Part shown: positions 18,065 through 26,459 of the stretch, in pieces
Layout: every line of letters starts with the position of its first letter
Numbering within the stretch: the stretch's first letter is position 1
Source: a virus
Taxonomy: Duplodnaviria > Caudoviricetes
Direction: 5' to 3' (one strand)
Virus record (IMG/VR): IMGVR_UViG_3300011116_001007
Length of the DNA stretch: 64,000 nt
Notes under the pieces: generated by a model
Told to the model about the DNA's origin: nothing
The model's input: the letters and a program-made list of their open reading frames with translations, nothing else
Database searches by the model: none
Position numbers and translations under genes: made by a program

Positions 18065-20721
18065 TCGAAAGAAAATAAACTAGTAAATGTGTTTTCTGTG
18101 TTGGTAGCACTGGCAAGATTCCAATTCAACACACCCAACAGGTTGTCAATTTTTTGATCCACCACAGTGGCCTCCATCACTCCGTCGTCAAATGGCAAGT
18201 CTTTAAACCACTGTGGCAAGTGCATTTCATCTGTGGGATAACCAATGCTAGTCCATCCAAGTGCATTGCTTTTTAGTTTGCACACAATGGTCTTCATGCC
18301 ATCTACAATTTGCATACTGTAATTGTCTGAGTTCATCCTGCGTAGATTATTCCAGTTCAATGCAGCTCGCACATGTCCAGGCATGTTGGCTTTGCCCTGC
18401 CGTTCTTCTTCTTTGCCGTACTTGGTCAAGTTGTTCACACGTTTGGGAGATCCTTTTTCCCAGCCTGGCCGCTCTTTGAAAATATATTTGAATTCGCGAA
18501 TCTTTTCAATTATTTGATCACGATCTGCACCTGCCAGTACCTCAGTCAAGATGTTACTGAGAAAGTCTTGGATGACTTTGGGAGTGTCTGATCTTTTGAG
18601 ATCCAGACCAGTGGCTTTGATCTTGCCAGTTTTGCCATTGACATCCAGTCGTTTGCCTTCCAGGTCAATGATGTTTACAGCATAGCGTTTCTTTGTGATA
18701 AACAAAGTGCGGTCTGCTACCATTTCTCTACCGGCTTTGATTAGGCCGCCCATGTCTCGTGGGCAATGGAATGACTGTTCCATAAAGCCAGGAAAACTTT
18801 CATTCACTTGTTCAGCCACGCTGTCATACAATGCAATGGCAGTTTCTTTGCTCCACTCCATGCGACCGTCTGCAACTTCTTTTTCCAACACAGGCCAAGC
18901 ACTGAAATAACAACTGTCAGTGTCGCCGTATATGATTGCCGCACCCATGTGATCGTACTCACCAGTGATGCATTCATTGATATATGCATCCATGTGCTTG
19001 GCAATGCTTCTACCTGTCAGCGTGGTGCTCTGTCCAATGCGTTTGTCAAAGAATCTGCAATGCGGATTGAGAATAGCACCGTACAAACTGTTCAAGTTGA
19101 TCTTCTTGACCAACTGACGCTTGTCCCAGAATGCAATTTCTTTGGCATCTTTTGCTTGTTTCTTCTTGGCCTGCATTTCTTGCCGTTCACTGTACCAACG
19201 TTCTAGCAAGCCTGGAATGATACCTTTCTTCTCATATGTGAGAATAGTACCATTAGCAGTGAGTATCCATGGACGATTGCTGTTGAAGATCATGTGCCAA
19301 ACTTCTGCTGCACCATGCACAGTTTCCTCACCAGTTTCCCATTCAATGGTGATCTCAGTGCCGGGTTTTTGTTCCATCACTGCGGTGTATTCCAAGCTGG
19401 CAAACAAACCTTCCCATGCTGCTGCAAAACTATCACCCTTGGCCATGCGTTCTTTGATGATACGATCGGTCATGTGTTGTTTCAATTGCCCTACCACAGT
19501 TTCTGGACCCATGTTCATGGCACGAATAGCAGTGGGATACAAACTGTTTATGTCCACAGATGCCACCCACTTGTGTATGCCTTTTTTGGGATATGCAACA
19601 TAAGCACCTGCTGCTTGGGTATCTTCATCTACCAGTCGTTGTTTGCGATTGGGCACAACCATGCCACGCTCGTGTGCTTCGTTGATGATGGCCTGTTCGG
19701 TCACGGCCACTGCACCCATTGTGGTCTGCAACAGCACAGTATTGGCATGTGCCAGCTCGCTGGCCAATTCCAAGAATCGCAACTTTTTGTCCAGTTTATT
19801 GACCAGCATGGTATCTTGACGATTGTATTCAATAAACTTTTTAAAATGTTGATTGTACAACTGATCCAAGGTGCCTTCAAACTGTGTTTTGCGTTCACCC
19901 AGTTCGTGTTCGCCAATGGCATCCAAGCTGTAGCTGTGTCGTTCTTCATAGGTGTACTTGCGATACAGTTGCATATAGTCCATATGCACACGGCCGATCA
20001 AATCATAAGTTTGATTCTCTGCACCATATCGTTCAAACATTCTGGGCTTGGGAAACTGTCCCCACAAACAAAACTTGCGTGTGTCATCTTTGCTGAGCAC
20101 ACGAGTGCAACGATTAACAGTGTATGGTATGTCATAGCCTTCACTGTTCCAGCCAGTGAGCACATCCGCATCGTCAATCACATCCAGGAATGTTTTGATC
20201 ATGTCAGCTTCGTTGTCAAACAATATGGTGTTTTCAAAATCAGCCACAAGTTCATGTGCAGTAGCCCAGCTTAGTCCTGCTGGTGGTACTGCTAGTGTGA
20301 TCAGTTGATCCATCCAGTCCAGGTACACAGATATAGCTGTGATAGGGTTGAACGGATCGTCCACTGGGGAGAATCCGCGATCTTTGTCAAATGCAACTTC
20401 AATGTCAAAGAATGCTGTGTGCAGTTCAGGAGCGTCTTGGTCTTTGTAATTTTCTTCAAGGCATCTAAAAATAGGATTGATATCACTTTCGTAAAGATGC
20501 TTGCCTGATTGCACACGTACTTCCTTGCGGAATTCTTTGTTGTTCCTTGTGCTGAATCTGCTCACAGGTGTGCCGTATATGCTACGGAACTTGCCGCGAG
20601 GATCATCGTAGTAAAATATGTAATTGGCAGGATACTCTCGGTATTGCCTTTGACCATTGCGGCGTTCAACCACATGTATGCGATCGTGCTCACGATCAAA
20701 TAACGCATCAATATAACTCAT
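18061..20721 (-). CDS. Family B DNA polymerase (gp43-like)
   Basis: FFDIEV and GWNSEGYDIPY exonuclease motifs; SVDINSLYP, KINLNSLYG, YGDTDS, KKRY; start set at ATG 20721 after GGAG SD; no intein seen. Confidence 0.96.
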   Translation of the reverse strand: MSYIDALFDREHDRIHVVERRNGQRQYREYPANYIFYYDDPRGKFRSIYGTPVSRFSTRNNKEFRKEVRVQSGKHLYESDINPIFRCLEENYKDQDAPELHTAFFDIEVAFDKDRGFSPVDDPFNPITAISVYLDWMDQLITLAVPPAGLSWATAHELVADFENTILFDNEADMIKTFLDVIDDADVLTGWNSEGYDIPYTVNRCTRVLSKDDTRKFCLWGQFPKPRMFERYGAENQTYDLIGRVHMDYMQLYRKYTYEERHSYSLDAIGEHELGERKTQFEGTLDQLYNQHFKKFIEYNRQDTMLVNKLDKKLRFLELASELAHANTVLLQTTMGAVAVTEQAIINEAHERGMVVPNRKQRLVDEDTQAAGAYVAYPKKGIHKWVASVDINSLYPTAIRAMNMGPETVVGQLKQHMTDRIIKERMAKGDSFAAAWEGLFASLEYTAVMEQKPGTEITIEWETGEETVHGAAEVWHMIFNSNRPWILTANGTILTYEKKGIIPGLLERWYSERQEMQAKKKQAKDAKEIAFWDKRQLVKKINLNSLYGAILNPHCRFFDKRIGQSTTLTGRSIAKHMDAYINECITGEYDHMGAAIIYGDTDSCYFSAWPVLEKEVADGRMEWSKETAIALYDSVAEQVNESFPGFMEQSFHCPRDMGGLIKAGREMVADRTLFITKKRYAVNIIDLEGKRLDVNGKTGKIKATGLDLKRSDTPKVIQDFLSNILTEVLAGADRDQIIEKIREFKYIFKERPGWEKGSPKRVNNLTKYGKEEERQGKANMPGHVRAALNWNNLRRMNSDNYSMQIVDGMKTIVCKLKSNALGWTSIGYPTDEMHLPQWFKDLPFDDGVMEATVVDQKIDNLLGVLNWNLASATNTENTFTSLFSFE

Positions 20722-20781
20722 TGTTCTCCGTTTATGGCCGGTGGGCCGTGATTCATGCTCGTGATGTGAGCGACTCAACCT
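20722..20781 (-). promoter_or_regulatory. Two-hairpin 5' leader of DNA polymerase (candidate translational operator)
   Basis: GCUC-ACAUCAC-GAGC and GGCC-CACC-GGCC hairpins directly before CGGAG SD. Confidence 0.45.
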
Positions 20782-20810
20782 AGTATAACAAGTATGTGCC
20801 TGAAAGTCAA
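20782..20810 (-). promoter_or_regulatory. sigma70 promoter for DNA polymerase
   Basis: TTGACT-17 bp-TATACT. Confidence 0.75.
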
Positions 20811-21385
20811 CTGACTTTTCGGGCTGGTGCTCCAACATAGTGTCCGGGCAGTAAAATATTTTTTGTTATCAGCGCACCAGCACCCAGCTGGACATCATCA
20901 CATATATTGACGTTGTCGATGATACTGCTACGCAATCCTAAAATACAAAATTTACCAACGGTGGTTGAACCAGCAATCATTGATCCAGGCATCAACATGG
21001 TTCCTTGCCCGACTACAGATTTATGTGCTATCATACAATATGGAGCAATCAAACAATCCTTACCTATTGTTGATTGATATAGTACTGATACAAATTGAGA
21101 CATAATAGTGCCATCCCCAATTGTTGAGTTAGGATCAACTACGCAACTTTTGTGTATGAATGTAGCTCTTTGTAAATTATCTTGATCAAATTTATTAATA
21201 ATTTGTTTTCGTAAGAGTATATCTCTAGTCACAGTGACAGCAAATTTATCTGTTTTTTCAAATTCGTCATTTAAAAATTTATCAGGATGCAGTATAGTGA
21301 CATTGAGATTGTCATTACAAATCAAATTAAAAATATCATTGGTTATAGTTGCTTCCGGAAACCCTACTAAAACTATTTTACTCAT
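20807..21385 (-). CDS. Hexapeptide-repeat sugar acetyltransferase (PglD/NeuD-like)
   Basis: FIHKSCVVD, IGDGT, IGKDC, VGKFC, IGAGAL-like repeats, GAPARK end. Confidence 0.8.
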   Translation of the reverse strand: MSKIVLVGFPEATITNDIFNLICNDNLNVTILHPDKFLNDEFEKTDKFAVTVTRDILLRKQIINKFDQDNLQRATFIHKSCVVDPNSTIGDGTIMSQFVSVLYQSTIGKDCLIAPYCMIAHKSVVGQGTMLMPGSMIAGSTTVGKFCILGLRSSIIDNVNICDDVQLGAGALITKNILLPGHYVGAPARKVS

Positions 21386-21621
21386 GATTGATTTTGATCT
21401 TCGTTTTCGATAAGTCGTCGAACATGTGGCAAACGCCTCATATTTTTATAAATTTTATAAATTGCAATAGGGCCTTTATTTGCCCAGAACCAAGGAAACA
21501 ATCCATGGATATACCCCATGAATGCTGTATGGATCAGTTTATTGCCAATCTCAACAGAATGCCTAAGATGTTGCCAATAACTCCAATTTGTTTCCTCTAA
21601 ATGCTTTTTTAATCGGCTCAT
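21382..21621 (-). CDS. Small hypothetical protein (DUF6356-like)
   Basis: HLEETNWSYWQHL...IHGLFPW pattern. Confidence 0.5.
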   Translation of the reverse strand: MSRLKKHLEETNWSYWQHLRHSVEIGNKLIHTAFMGYIHGLFPWFWANKGPIAIYKIYKNMRRLPHVRRLIENEDQNQS

Positions 21622-22589
21622 AACGTTAATAACTTTTCGTATGCAATATCAAAGTCAGTCTGAATATTTATCAACCAGTTTTTTTTCATAGATTCTAGTA
21701 GAGATTTGTTCTGATCAGCAGCCTGTTGTGTGCGTTGTAGATTCAATGGTTGGTTAACTAATAATTTACACTGGTCTATTATGGCCAGTTGCCGTTGAAC
21801 AGTGTCGGCAATACAGTCATAGCTGTGGTCTACCAAATCATCCAGCACATCAAACCCTAATGTACGCAGGTTGTCTATTGCAAATTGGCTAGAAAAAAGA
21901 ACCCAGGGCCGGGGCAGTTGCAAACATCTAAATGTTTTTTCACTGTAGGTAATAATTTTATTATCATGAAAAAATGTTTCTAATACAATACTAAATTTTG
22001 AAGCCAAAACTACATTGGTCAAATCACCTGTGTCATTGAAATTTTTGTATGGTATTTGATTCTTAATAATGTTGTGTTCTTTCTCAAATATTGAATTGTA
22101 TTTTTGAAATCCTAACTCAAATCCTTGCGATGGTGATAATCCTACAAACTCCTGGCTGGGAACTCTGTTGTTGTTCATTTCACCGTTAAACGATATGAAT
22201 CCTCGATCAAACAACTCATGTCGAATCAATTGATAAATCCAGCTTTGTCGGAAAATGTCATATCTATTAACAAAACAATTGAAGTCTTTTTCTATCTTTA
22301 CTGAACTGTCGGGAAAATTAAAAAAATACATTCCATAAAAGACAGGATTAACAGTGTGTATATGTTTTTGTTGTTCAGGCAAACATTTAACAACATTATT
22401 GGTTATTATCAGTTTCTTAGAGTAGTCACTATTAAAAAACTTGTCAAGTTCAAGACCGTCACCTCCCCATACATATAATAATTTTCTATCATTATGTGAT
22501 GCACTTAATTTTTTATTTATTTGATCAGCTATTGTAAACAATGACCGACCAACTACTAGATATGAAAAAATAGGATCGGGAGTTATCAT
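21618..22589 (-). CDS. Putative glycosyltransferase-like protein (FSIVLET/SEKT family)
   Basis: FNCFVNR, KFSIVLET, SEKTFRCL, LGFDVLDDLVDHSYD; paralog of 29850-30911. Confidence 0.45.
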   Translation of the reverse strand: MITPDPIFSYLVVGRSLFTIADQINKKLSASHNDRKLLYVWGGDGLELDKFFNSDYSKKLIITNNVVKCLPEQQKHIHTVNPVFYGMYFFNFPDSSVKIEKDFNCFVNRYDIFRQSWIYQLIRHELFDRGFISFNGEMNNNRVPSQEFVGLSPSQGFELGFQKYNSIFEKEHNIIKNQIPYKNFNDTGDLTNVVLASKFSIVLETFFHDNKIITYSEKTFRCLQLPRPWVLFSSQFAIDNLRTLGFDVLDDLVDHSYDCIADTVQRQLAIIDQCKLLVNQPLNLQRTQQAADQNKSLLESMKKNWLINIQTDFDIAYEKLLTL

Positions 22590-22600
22590 ACCGAGTATAA

Positions 22601-22861
22601 TTAAAGAGTTTTGCCTACTGTTTCCAAAATAGTTTCCAGCAGTTCGTGATCTTGTTTGGCCTTGCCAAATTCAGCTTTGTGTGCCAGTTTGATAGCTTTC
22701 TTTAGTACCGCTGGTTTGATTTCCAATTCTTCAGCAATGGCCTTGATGGTGTCGTTGAGGCCGCCTTGCAAGGTATCAATTTCGTGCATGACCTGCATGC
22801 CTTCGTTGATGATTTGTACAAGTTTGATTTTTTGATCGCCGTTGAAAGATTTGTCTGACAT
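22601..22861 (-). CDS. dsDNA-binding protein (T4 DsbA/DUF2312-like)
   Basis: 86 aa helical protein, LNDTIKAIAEELEIKPAVLKKAIKLAHK; AGGAG SD. Confidence 0.6.
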   Translation of the reverse strand: MSDKSFNGDQKIKLVQIINEGMQVMHEIDTLQGGLNDTIKAIAEELEIKPAVLKKAIKLAHKAEFGKAKQDHELLETILETVGKTL

Positions 22862-22882
22862 AATGTCTCCTAATAAAATGCA

Positions 22883-22911
22883 AGTATAGTTGATGTTGCA
22901 GGCAAAGTCAA
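22883..22911 (-). promoter_or_regulatory. sigma70 promoter for dsbA-like gene
   Basis: TTGACT-17 bp-TATACT. Confidence 0.75.
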
Positions 22912-22917
22912 TTGAAA

Positions 22918-23012
22918 TGTGCTCACTTTGGAGAGTTGCCGTAGCGAATGGCTCTTCTCCGGGCAGCAGCCGCCCCACACTTCGGTAACAAGGTACCGGT
23001 CCTAAGGTGTGT
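22918..23012 (-). ncRNA. Candidate structured ncRNA (three stems, possible pseudoknot)
   Basis: CGGUA/UACCG within CACAC-CUU/AAG-UGUG; GGGCGG/CUGCCC; GGAGA/UCUCC enclosing GCC/GGC; GC-rich in an AT-rich context. Confidence 0.5.
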
Positions 23013-24470
23013 TCATTTGGACAATAGTCGGCGTTGGTCGGTAATCTCAATCACTCGTTCTACCAAGTGACTGCGTTGAGCAAATGCCACTTCGTCCAGC
23101 ATGCCATGACGTGTGTATTGACGATCAATGTAGTTCCGAATGTGTCGCACGTCGTCTGCTGTGCTGGCTGTTTTTAACATGGTGTTGACAGTGTTCACAG
23201 TTTCTTTGACTCGTTGTTTCTTTTGTTTTTCTAGTGCAGCAAGGGAATCTTTGGTACGTTGTGCAATAATTTTTTTAACACCTTCTTCACCGCCATTGGC
23301 ATCCATGGTATCTTGATTGAACTTGCCAGTTTTGTAATATTTTGCTGCACCGTCGGCTCCTAGAAATATAGCAATACTTGGTGCTTCGGGGTGTTTATTG
23401 ATGTCTACCCCCAATTGATCCATGCGTTTTAAATTTTTATCATTGACAATATTAAATGCACGGTCCTGGTCTTCAGGTGTCCATTGTTTCAGTGGCTTTT
23501 GCAAGGTGGCATCTTCGCCACGTGCAGCTAAGATTGCAGCATTGGTCAACCCGTATGCACCCCATGCTGTGGTTTTTCTATTGTCTGGCCCTGCCGATCC
23601 AGTACCGGGAGCATAATGATGCCCGATGTCATAATCATCACCTGATTCACGTTTTTTTACTAAACCTGCTAGCCAATTACCTACCTGACCGGCTTTGTCT
23701 GCAGCACCTTTTTCTATACGTTGTATAACGTTAGGCTGCGATGGTGTGGGGGTGACCACATGCTTGGGCAGCACCACCGGGGGTTTTGGTTTTTTGGCAG
23801 TGACAATCTCTTCGCCGGGTGCCATAGAATCTGCAGCAGGCACCATTTCCGGCGCTGCTGCCGCTGATCGTGCCGCCGGTGCTGGGCTGCTGGGCATAAC
23901 AGATGGAGGCACAGCCCGACTACCTTTGGGAGTTAGTTCAGGAAATACATTAGAAACAAACTCGCCCGATGCAACTCGTTTTAATTTATCTACTAAAGAT
24001 GGTGCAGCAACCGGAGCAACAGCTGGCGGTAGATTTCCAGCATTTGGCCAAACTTGTACTTTGGGGTTTGCAATAGGATTTGGATCTTTCCAATTAGGCG
24101 ATCCAGACACCGGATCTCTGTCAGTACTGTGGGTGCCCATTGGTACTTGAGCAGGCACAGCAACTACTGGAGCAACAGACGGCGTTTGTATTTTTTTAGC
24201 TATTTTGGATAAATTATCACCGCGTTGTACTGCATAACTTGAGCCATCGGGCAAACTCAAAACTTGTCCGGGTTTGATAAGATTTGGATTGTTACCAATT
24301 ATGTCTTGATTGTTGAGATAGATTTGATTTACCAAATCTGGATCTATAGACCGATCTTCTTCTTCTAATGTGGGTGCTGCTGGTGCTTGTGGTGCCTTGG
24401 GTAATGCCAATGCAGGTGACCTAGGTGACATTGATGTTTCATTCACTGCAAAGAAATTTTCTAAGATCAT
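23013..24470 (-). CDS. LysM plus Pro/Ala linker plus lysozyme-like domain protein (probable virion protein)
   Basis: NPNLIKPGQVLSLP..YAVQRGDNLSKIA; RESGDDY..AWGAYGL..DQDRAF transglycosylase-like region. Confidence 0.6.
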   Translation of the reverse strand: MILENFFAVNETSMSPRSPALALPKAPQAPAAPTLEEEDRSIDPDLVNQIYLNNQDIIGNNPNLIKPGQVLSLPDGSSYAVQRGDNLSKIAKKIQTPSVAPVVAVPAQVPMGTHSTDRDPVSGSPNWKDPNPIANPKVQVWPNAGNLPPAVAPVAAPSLVDKLKRVASGEFVSNVFPELTPKGSRAVPPSVMPSSPAPAARSAAAAPEMVPAADSMAPGEEIVTAKKPKPPVVLPKHVVTPTPSQPNVIQRIEKGAADKAGQVGNWLAGLVKKRESGDDYDIGHHYAPGTGSAGPDNRKTTAWGAYGLTNAAILAARGEDATLQKPLKQWTPEDQDRAFNIVNDKNLKRMDQLGVDINKHPEAPSIAIFLGADGAAKYYKTGKFNQDTMDANGGEEGVKKIIAQRTKDSLAALEKQKKQRVKETVNTVNTMLKTASTADDVRHIRNYIDRQYTRHGMLDEVAFAQRSHLVERVIEITDQRRLLSK

Positions 24471-24471
24471 T

Positions 24472-25359
24472 TTATTTTTCTTCTAAGTAATCTTGATTTG
24501 AATCCGCAGGTTGACGATTCTGAAACAGTCTCACTGCTATATCAGCATGTTCAAGGTTTGGGAACCGTGTGGGCAAGCTGCGACCCGCATGACGTATTTC
24601 AAATCCGTTTTGTTCGTCACCCCAGCATTCCAATGTTTTGCCATTTTCCATAGCGTAGGTTCTAACTGGTGCATTTTCTTTTACTGGCAATAACGTATTG
24701 GGATTGATCCCTGCTTTTTTTGACTGCTCAGCTGCTTGCAACTCTGCAGGTGACGGCGGCGCCGGAATACCTTTTGCAGCGTTTGTAATTTGTTCATCGT
24801 CGGGCAACCAACTGCCAGTTTTGTACTTGTCTCTTGCGGCCTGCACAGCCATGCTAGGAAAACTCAACGGTGGATATATTCCTGCACCAGAAATACCTGC
24901 ACCAACGTAGTCGCCTAGATTTGCTCTGTTTATAGCATCTTGTGCTTGTAATCCAGCACCAATCACTGGCAGACTTTTTCCAAGTGCTTTGGCACCAACA
25001 GACATTGCACCAGCTTCTTCAACTTCGCCGTGCTCTATTGCGTCCAAGGCTTTGTTTTTTAGTTCGTTGCTGACACGACCTTTCTTTTCCAAGTGGTCAA
25101 GATATTGTGTGAGATCTTTTTTGACTCGACTGACCATGTCTTCTTCAATCTCAGCCATGGCTTCTTCCAAAGCAGTGCCGCGTCGCTCGCCCACCATGTA
25201 TCCATCCATGGGATCAGCAGGATCTGTTTGGCTGCCCAACACACGAATATGCTTGGGTTTGAACAATGCAGGCAGTTGCGGAACTTTCTGTTGTGCAGGG
25301 GACAGGCGTCCTTCCACAGTGGCCAGCCGGTCCAGTATGTGTCTTATGTCGTTGCTCAT
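24472..25359 (-). CDS. Modular hypothetical protein (probable virion internal protein)
   Basis: 295 aa; acidic xxE motifs; Gly/Ala-rich middle insert. Confidence 0.55.
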   Translation of the reverse strand: MSNDIRHILDRLATVEGRLSPAQQKVPQLPALFKPKHIRVLGSQTDPADPMDGYMVGERRGTALEEAMAEIEEDMVSRVKKDLTQYLDHLEKKGRVSNELKNKALDAIEHGEVEEAGAMSVGAKALGKSLPVIGAGLQAQDAINRANLGDYVGAGISGAGIYPPLSFPSMAVQAARDKYKTGSWLPDDEQITNAAKGIPAPPSPAELQAAEQSKKAGINPNTLLPVKENAPVRTYAMENGKTLECWGDEQNGFEIRHAGRSLPTRFPNLEHADIAVRLFQNRQPADSNQDYLEEK

Positions 25360-25796
25360 GCCCGTTCAACTTTTAAATAACTTAACAATTGCCAACGATA
25401 CTTGCCGTGAGCACTGAGTCGTTCTGCTATAAAGTTGGCGATACCTTGCTCGTTTTCTTCGGTGGCAGCAGCAAAGCAACTGTTGAGAATATCAAGCATC
25501 TGATCATTGTTGGCATGCAGTTCCTCCAGCATGAGTCGAGCACGTGGAATTTTTGTCTGTCCTGCAATCTGTGTGAGTTCTGTGAAACGTTCAAAACTGG
25601 CTGGAGAGTATTCGCCCAGGTAGCGTATGTATTCTGCAGTGGGATCAATGGCCGAATAAGCATCTTCGTAAATGCCCTGAAAGAATGTATGCAGCTCTCC
25701 AAAGTCTGGCCCTTCCACATTCCAGTGAAAACCGTGGGCCTTGATGTAGTAAGCAAAATTACTTGCTAGGAGAATTTTTAAACTGTCTGCGAGCAT
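25356..25796 (-). CDS. dps: Dps/ferritin-like DNA-protection protein
   Basis: HGFHWNVEGPDFGELHTFF..YED..D..AEYIR, HGKYRWQL. Confidence 0.88.
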   Translation of the reverse strand: MLADSLKILLASNFAYYIKAHGFHWNVEGPDFGELHTFFQGIYEDAYSAIDPTAEYIRYLGEYSPASFERFTELTQIAGQTKIPRARLMLEELHANNDQMLDILNSCFAAATEENEQGIANFIAERLSAHGKYRWQLLSYLKVERA

Positions 25797-25983
25797 GCTG
25801 GGTCCTTTTGTATTCTTTTGGAGTATTCGGAGTAGGGTCCGAGTCCGTGATATATTTACCAGAAAGCATGGATCCACCTGATCTTGTTTGCATGCCCATG
25901 CCCATGCTTACTGGTGCTATACTGCCACTTGAAGTGCCGCCTGCACTGGCACCATCTTCCATTATGAATTCTTTGGCTCTCAT
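25759..25983 (-). CDS. Small CTS-motif protein (MRAKEFIME)
   Basis: Start at second Met; Gly/Ser-rich. Confidence 0.55.
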   Translation of the reverse strand: MRAKEFIMEDGASAGGTSSGSIAPVSMGMGMQTRSGGSMLSGKYITDSDPTPNTPKEYKRTQHARRQFKNSPSK

Positions 25984-26459
25984 GGTTTGATCAAAACAGG
26001 TGACCATTCACCTGTTTCCTTATTAAAAACTTCAGCATGGCCGGCATTGACTGCTGTGTCGCTGGGTACTTTATCTACAGGCACACGTACTTTGGCATTA
26101 TCGCTTGCATTTTTCCAGTCTCGTCCAAAATGTCCTTCAGCATCTCCTGAAGACCAAAATTTCTGATCTGGAGACCAACCCGGTGTTTTTCCAGGATTGG
26201 GATTGGCTTGAAAATACCCAGTTGTCTGTGCATGTTGTAGCTCTGCAGGGCTCATGTTTCTGTAAGCATGAGTTATATCCTCAGGTTTTGCAGGCACTCG
26301 TCCAGTAAGCATTGATGAGCTAGTAGGCGGCGTCACAACAATATTTTTAACAGCAGGTTCTATCCTGGTTGCTGCCTTGGCCACAGCCGGTTCACCTGCT
26401 TTAAATGCTTTTGCTAAAAAAGAAGTCAATCCTTCACGGACAAATTCTTGGGCTCGCAT
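25980..26459 (-). CDS. CTS-motif protein (MRAQEFVRE)
   Basis: ORF track; coupled starts/stops. Confidence 0.55.
   Translation of the reverse strand: MRAQEFVREGLTSFLAKAFKAGEPAVAKAATRIEPAVKNIVVTPPTSSSMLTGRVPAKPEDITHAYRNMSPAELQHAQTTGYFQANPNPGKTPGWSPDQKFWSSGDAEGHFGRDWKNASDNAKVRVPVDKVPSDTAVNAGHAEVFNKETGEWSPVLIKP

Noticed and set aside
18061-20838. Polymerase start at 20838 as in the ORF track; likewise extended starts at 23050, 27749, 29670, 31867, 38931 and 63690
   Set aside because: The extensions overlap promoters, leaders or upstream genes; downstream starts have an SD or late-promoter context
22918-23015. Twister, hatchet or twister-sister ribozyme, or a SECIS/readthrough element
   Set aside because: Only short word matches, some on opposite strands; the readthrough frame gives a short uninformative peptide; kept as an unclassified ncRNA
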